From: Piromyces finnis finn
Lineage: Eukaryota > Fungi > Neocallimastigomycota
DNA: 64,000 bases
Direction of reading: 5' to 3'
Assembly (NCBI GenBank): GCA_002104945.1
Contig: MCFH01000044.1
Coordinates: 1 to 64,000 of the forward strand
Shown piece by piece: positions 56,818 through 64,000 of this stretch. The translations under genes and the position numbers were made by a program. Positions within the stretch are counted from its first letter, which is position 1; every line of letters begins with the position of its first letter. The notes under the pieces are model-generated. The model saw nothing but the letters and a program-made list of their open reading frames with translations. It was not told where the DNA came from and made no database searches.

Positions 56818-59800
56818 ACAAAAGAATTACTATTAATTAGAAAAAAATTATTATAATAAGTAGGTATACTAAAAATTTATTTTTTATTTTTAGGTGTAGA
56901 AAAAGATTTAAAACATATGAAAAAAAAAATTGCATGATATATAAAAGAACATTTATAAGATATTAATATATTAATAATATTAATAATATTAATATTATTA
57001 AAACTTTATATAATTCATGTATTTTAAAAATTCATTCATTAGAATATGATATTTATTCTAATTTAGTATTTTAAAAATATTAATATTCTTATTTTTCATT
57101 TTTTTTATGGAAATGATCAATTTTCGAGAAATCTTATTTCTAATAATAATAAAAAAAGTTTCCATTATATAATAATATTTATATCATACTATTTAATAGC
57201 AACAATAATTATATAATAGCAACAACAATAATAATCATATAATATTATAATATTTAATAGTAATAATTTATTTATTTATTTTATATATATTCATTAATTT
57301 ATTTAAAAATAATAGAATATTTAAAAATGTAAAGAAAAAAATATTCTTAATAAAAAAAAAAAGAGGATTTTTATGAATATATTTTAGTGGTTTAATAATG
57401 GTGCTAGTGTTATAATAATGAATGAATTGGTAATAAAACCTAATATTTTTTATTGGCTATTTGGCTATTTGTATGATTTAAAATTTTTATAGAAACATTT
57501 ATATAGTTATTGGTATTTTTAATAATAAAAATAAAGCTAATATTAATATCAAATTCAAATAACCTAATGCTAATGCTTGTTAGGTTTTCATCAACTTTAT
57601 TTACTGAATAATATAATGGGAATATAAAAAATATTACTAGGATTAGGACTGTTATTTTAGAATGCTCTTTTGACCTCCATTTTATTTCAAAATATATAAA
57701 TAATGTAGAGATTTTTGCAGATTTTTATACCAAAATAATTCCTATTATTATAACACTATGAAGTTACTATTTGATAGGTTTAGTAAATTATTAATGATAG
57801 TAAAAAAAGGAGGATCATACTATATCAAATTGATAAAAAAAAATAATTTAAATACTTTATAGATACAATTAAAATATTGCTAAATAAAATCAGTAATAAT
57901 TTATACTAAGCAAAGAGGTTTATTGTATTAGAATATTAGTGTTTTTTTTATTTTATTTAGTTTATAAAAAAGGAATATGTCACTTTATTAAAATATATAA
58001 TTAACCAAGTCCATTGAATTGGTTTTAAATTTAATTTTTTCCCTTTTGTATTTTTATTATTATTCTATATTATTCTATATTTTTATCATATTATTATATT
58101 TATTTTTTATTTTATTAACTTTTAATCCTTTAATAATAATCTAATTACATTCTTTTATAATAACCTTTAAAATCATGATAACCTTGATATTAAAATACAA
58201 TGATAAATATTTTAAAGTTAAGTAATTTAAAAAAAAAATTTTAATAAGAATGTTGTAAAACAAATACTTCATTTATAATAAAATGAAAGAAATTTAATAA
58301 ATCTTTATTATTAAGATTATTTCAATTTATGAACTTTTTTTTTTTTAGTGTAAAAAATAACCCTTGAATATTATTTTTAAATATTTAGATTTAATTAAGC
58401 ATTATCCTAAATCAATGGTATAATTAATAATAATAGTAAAAATAAAATAAAATATATTCATACACTTTTACTTATTAAAGATTAGTATATTTTTATTTTA
58501 TTTAAAAATAAATGCCAATTTCACAGTAAGTTTAAACAAATTCCTCACAAATAGTGCATGTTGAAAGTAATTTTATATTTTAAACAAAAATTATAATTAA
58601 ATCATAAATTTTGTATTTCTATTTATTACATGATTAATTAAAAAGTTAAAATATAGTAGTGAAAGATAGGAAATATAAAATCAAAATTAAATAACAATAA
58701 AATTAAAACATTTAATTTAAAAAATCTTTATCATATTAACACGATAAACATAAAAACTACATAAACATGATTAATTAAAAATGTGATATTTCTCTAAAAA
58801 AAAATAAAGTTTTAATTAAAAATAATGAAACCTTTTTTTTTTTTTTAAAAAATTAATTAAGCAAATAATATATTAGTTGAATACCCACTCGTGATAGTAA
58901 ATGTTTTGAAAAAACCGAATTTACTAAAAATTTGTTTATTTGAGAGGTGTATTAATGATAAGGTTTAAAACTATCATTTCTTTTTTTTTTTTTTTTAAAT
59001 TTAGAATTTACTTTTTAAAGAAAAGTAATACATATATATAAGAATTTTTGAGAATTTCTTTAATAAAAAAAATTAAATAGTGAGTAATATATTGATTATT
59101 TTGTTATGGTTTTAAGAAAGTTGATTAAGATGACAAAGAATAAAATAATATTTATTTTAATACCCTTTTTTTTTTATATAAAATATTATACCTTCTATTT
59201 TAATATTTTTTTTTTTTAATGTATTGAATTGAATATCAAATAATTTAAGTTTTGTTAAAAGTAATATTACTAATTTTAAAATTATTCTTCTATTAATGAT
59301 TTTTTTGTAATGACAATTTCATTAATAAATAAATTGTTCATCTATTTAAAAAAAAGATATTATCTATCCCATTAGTTCTTTTAATGTATCAATCTTCTTT
59401 TTTTCTTTCTGTCACATTATATTTTTTTTTTTTCATTTTGTTACTAAAAATTCATTTTATAAAAAGAAATGTAATTAATTATTAATCATACAAATTTACT
59501 GGTTTATTCATTAATGTATACATTATTTTAAATTATAATTTATTAAAATTACATTTATATTAATTTTAAATTAGACAAAATTGATATACTATAACTATTT
59601 GTGTAACCAAATTATTTAATAAAATAAATGAATAAATTAATTAATAAATAAATAATTTTTAATCATAAAGCTATTTCTCTTCTTTAATAAAATAAATCTT
59701 AGTATTCCTTTTAATTGAAATTTAATTTATATTAGTATAATAGATAATAGTAACAAAAAAATTATAAAGGTATTAAATATTATTAAATAATATTTATTAA

Positions 59801-60529
59801 AAGCAATAACTAAATATTTTTTTTATAAGAAGTGAAACCTTTTAAAAAGAAAAAGGAAAAAATCAATTATTTAAATTACTTTTTTTTTTGTTCTCTTCAT
59901 AATTTATTTTAGAGTAATTAAAGACAATTATAAATTATTTATTTTAAAAAGTTTTTTTTTTTTTTTTTTTTTTTCAATATTATTAATAAATAACATACTA
60001 ATATACTAACATTGTATATTTTATTTCAATAATTCATATTTCTGTATTATTATTGTATTATATAATGTTATTATCAAAACCTTTTTTTCAATTATATTAT
60101 TTTCGAAACATTTCACTCTATTTTTTTTTGGATAATAAACAAATAAATGTTTATTCTACTTTAAAAAATTAACAAAATCCTATTTATTAAATAAATGGTA
60201 TAGTATTATATTCAAACATAAATATACGAAAAAATTAATTTTATAATTTGAATATTTTATATAAACCTTTGAATGTTAGTATTATTAACTAATTCGAAAT
60301 TCTTTTTTTTTTTTTTTTATAATAAAATTTAAATACTATCGACTATTTTTCATTAGATTATTTTACAATTAAAATATAATTTGAATATAATTTAACGAAA
60401 ATATTTAAAAGAAACAAAAAGTAAAACTATAAATATTAATAAAATAGCTATTAATATATTAACATAATAAAAATAATTAATATAGTAAAAAAAAAAAGTT
60501 TTTATATAATAAATTAAGAAAAAGTATCA

Positions 60530-61513
60530 ATGAAATATTATATATCCCAAGCTATCATTATATACATAGTTTTTGGCTTTTTTAAAGGAGTCTTTTCACA
60601 AGCTTTAGATATTAGTAATAAAAATAGATGCCTTCAACTTAATGAAAAAAATGTATGCAATGCAGCAACTCAGTCAGGATGTTCTTGGTGTACAAGTGAT
60701 TGGGGTTGTATGTTTGTAAGTGACTATGATATTATAACTCAATCTTCCACACAATATTATCATTGCCCAGAACGTAATAATCAAATAAATTATATATTTA
60801 TAAATAATTATAATAAGATCAATAGTGTATAAAATTATTTTCTAATATACAAAAAACCAAAAAAAAAAAAAAAAATTATTTATATATATGCATTTAATAT
60901 AATGGAATAAAGCATGCGTTGAAGGTGATAAGGAGTGTTATAAAATTATGGATGATAGTAGTTTACTTGAACCATTTTTCTTTTATTTAAGTACTCGTAG
61001 TGGTATGGTTTGTCATTTACAACATACTAATGAAGTAAGTCGTTTACACACTTTCCATTGTGATGAATTTTGTCGTCAAGCATTAATGAATGATTATGGT
61101 TATTGTCAATGTAAGTATTCTAAAAAAAAATAAATAAATAGTCCATCTATCTATATAAAATATAAAATTTTAATTTAAAATACTATATTGAATTATAATT
61201 AATAGTTTATGATGATAATGGAAAAGAATTTAAAGATTACAAAATTTCTGGTGGTATTGAGAAAAAAAGTTCTAAATCAACGATAATTATTATTATCGTA
61301 GTTGCTGTTGTTGGTTTAATTATAATTGGAATAGGATTTAAAATTTATTTAAATAAGCATAATAAAATTTTAGAAGAACGTAGAAAAATTGAAATGAAAG
61401 ATACTAAATTAGAAAACGATCTATATTTAAAGGCTCAAATTGCTTTCCAAAAAGAAGAAATGAAAGATCGACAAAAAGAAGGAATGAACATCGACTCAAT
61501 AAAAATACTTTAA
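60530..61513 (+). CDS. Type I membrane protein with Cys-rich (PSI-like) ectodomain, 3 exons: 60530-60773, 60913-61110, 61206-61513; 249 aa
   Basis: Signal peptide; C...C...GCSWCTSDWGC; splicing gives 750 nt in frame; TM helix TIIIIIVVAVVGLIIIGIGF followed by a charged tail ILEERRKIEMK. Confidence 0.8.
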
Positions 61514-63074
61514 ATTATATTTAATTAATCAAGTTTTAGAAGAACGTAAAAAAATTGAAATGAATAATTCCAAATTAGAAAATACTTATAAGAAAAGAAT
61601 GAATACTAAAATAATATTGAATTTATTAAAAAAAAAAAAGAGAAAAAAATTAATTTAATCCATAGAAAAAACAATAAATATAACTATAATATAAATATAA
61701 TTATAATTATAACTTCCAAGATGAATTTTTCTTGTAAAAATTAAATCTAAAAAAGGAAAACAAAACAAAAGTAAGAAACAAGAAGCAAAAAAAATGAAAA
61801 AACAAAAATAGATAAAATATCGAAATATTGATTTAAAATTGTCAAAATTCAAAAATTTTTAATTTTTATTAAAAAGAATTATTATTCTAATACATTTTAA
61901 TAATTTAATACATCATTCTAATACATTATACTTTTAAGTAAAAAGATCTATTATAATAAAATGATATAAAATATTTATATTAATAATATTATTATGAATA
62001 TTTAAATAAAAATGCTTACTATTCTTTTTAAATTTTCTTTGTAATATAATTTATAATATAAAAAATTTATTTACTTTAAAAAAAAGGAGTGAATTATAAT
62101 TTTTTATTGTAATCTAATCTATTCAATAGTGTGGTTTATTTCAAGAGAAGAATAACTAACATAAATTATTTACTTAAAAAAAAGAAACATTAAGAAATAT
62201 AATTATCAAAATTTTTAGTTTCTTTGATATTGCATAAGAATTATAATAATAATTATGGTTCATTAAAATAACATGGAATTTATGTAACCTTTAAAAATGT
62301 ATAGAAAATAAAAATATAATTTTATTTTATTTTTTTTTTTAAAAAAAACATTATATTGTAAATAATTTCCTATATCTATATATTTTCTTATATATTTCCT
62401 GTAATTTAGAATGTTAAATACGGATATTAATGGAAAATTGTTTACAATATTATGCTTTAAATTTAAAAAAAATGAAAAAATGATATTAATATTTTACTGA
62501 TTTCATATAAAATAAAATTATATAGAATTGGAAATAAAACTTTTTAAGACTTTTTAAGAATTTTTTTCATGGTTAGATTATTTGAATATGTATTTAAATT
62601 TTAATAATTTTCTAAAGTTAAATAGGATGGTATTATTTAAATAATCTTGTTAGTATTACTTCGAAATGGATAGAATTTAAAATATTTATTAAAATAAAGC
62701 TTTTTAAAATTTAATTAAATTTTTAAAGAAAAATGTTTATTATTATGATGTTTTTTTTTTCATGTAAATTTTGTTTTTAATTTTGTTTTGTAATATCAAA
62801 AAGATTTGTTATTTTAATAGTAGAGAAATATATTAATTTTTAATCTTAAAACCTTTATAACTTTAAAAAAGTTATTTTATTTTATTAATATTATTTTAAA
62901 AAATGTAAAGGAAAACAAAAAAAACAAAAAAAAAAAAATAAAATAATCACATATCAAATAATAAAAGTATAAATTAATAGTATTCTTGAATAATGACTAA
63001 CTGAACAATAATACTATTATATAATAAATATTTAGAAGGAAATATATAATTCTTCTCATTAGGACTATGCCTTT

Positions 63075-63122
<48 letters not shown>

Positions 63123-64000
63123 AATAAATACCAACTATCGATTTCATTATTTAAAGGTAGATTTATTATTTTTTTTAATGTTATTTATTTATATTATAAA
63201 ACTTTAAAATTTTAAAATAAATTAAACAAATAAATTTCAAAATCAGAAATCACAAAATTTAAATTCAATATTATAATTTAATTATTGATTATGGAAATTA
63301 AAAACTAGTTTAAAGATTATTTAATCTATAACGAAACTTTGATTTGATATTTATTTTTAATATTTATTTATTTTGATATTATAGTTATTTTATATTTATG
63401 TGAAATACAATAATATTGGTAATTTGATAGTATATGAATGATAAAATAGGATAAACTGAGAAATATAAGATATAATTATTTAAACCCAAATAAAAAAATT
63501 ATAAATTATTAAATTGTATTGATTTTTAAATCTTTTAAGAATGTTTTAATATTAAAAGCTTTATTTTTTATAATTACTTTATATTAAGTTATATTAATGA
63601 TGTTGAATTATAATGATTAGAATTATTTTTATGTGTTTTTTGTTTTTTATTTAATGTGTAAATCTAAATAAATATATATTTTATTTTTGTTTTATTTTTA
63701 AATTTGATTTTTTTTGTTTGTTTATTTGTTAAGTTTACTACATTTAAAATATAATAATAATATTTAAATTTAACTTTTTAAAATTAACTATTTTTAAATT
63801 ATTTTATTTAATATTGAAATTTTTTATATGTTTTGTTTTAAATAAAACTTTTTTTTTCTTTTTATTTTTTTATTCTTCATTTTAAAATAAATTTTGAAAA
63901 TAGTAATATTTTGAAAAATATATTTTTGTTATAAAATATTTTATATTTTCCTTTTATTTTAATTTTTTTTTTTATTATTTCTTCTCTAAGTTTTTTTTTT

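Noticed and set aside
57560-57830. Possible transposon relic
   Set aside because: No open frame or terminal structure found.

Overview
Very AT-rich eukaryotic DNA whose gene content points to an anaerobic gut fungus (Neocallimastigomycota): fungal dockerins, a CelB-like GH5, and GT-AG introns mostly about 70-130 nt long. The window has three parts. (1) About 1-19 kb is an essentially intronless accessory block: a GH5_4 endoglucanase ending in an unrecognised 6-Cys module instead of dockerins, two tandem dockerin-GH10 paralogs with remodelled active-site motifs, a bacterial-type carboxylesterase, and an actinobacterial-type DUF501 gene that the ORF track captures only in part. (2) 19.4-24.9 kb is a ~5.46-kb spacerless imperfect palindrome made of two diverged Ty3/Gypsy 3' halves (integrase, PPT, 1.1-kb LTR) joined head-to-head, with LTR ends outermost and no visible target-site duplication. 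(3) 27-47 kb holds housekeeping genes, most with several introns (RPS27, TPS2, DSK2, SEC28/COPE, MetRS), followed by orphan ORFs and a small Cys-rich type I membrane protein. Several accessory genes are split by single-base losses in homopolymer runs, probably long-read errors. All calls come from reading the sequence and recalling family motifs; no searches were run.
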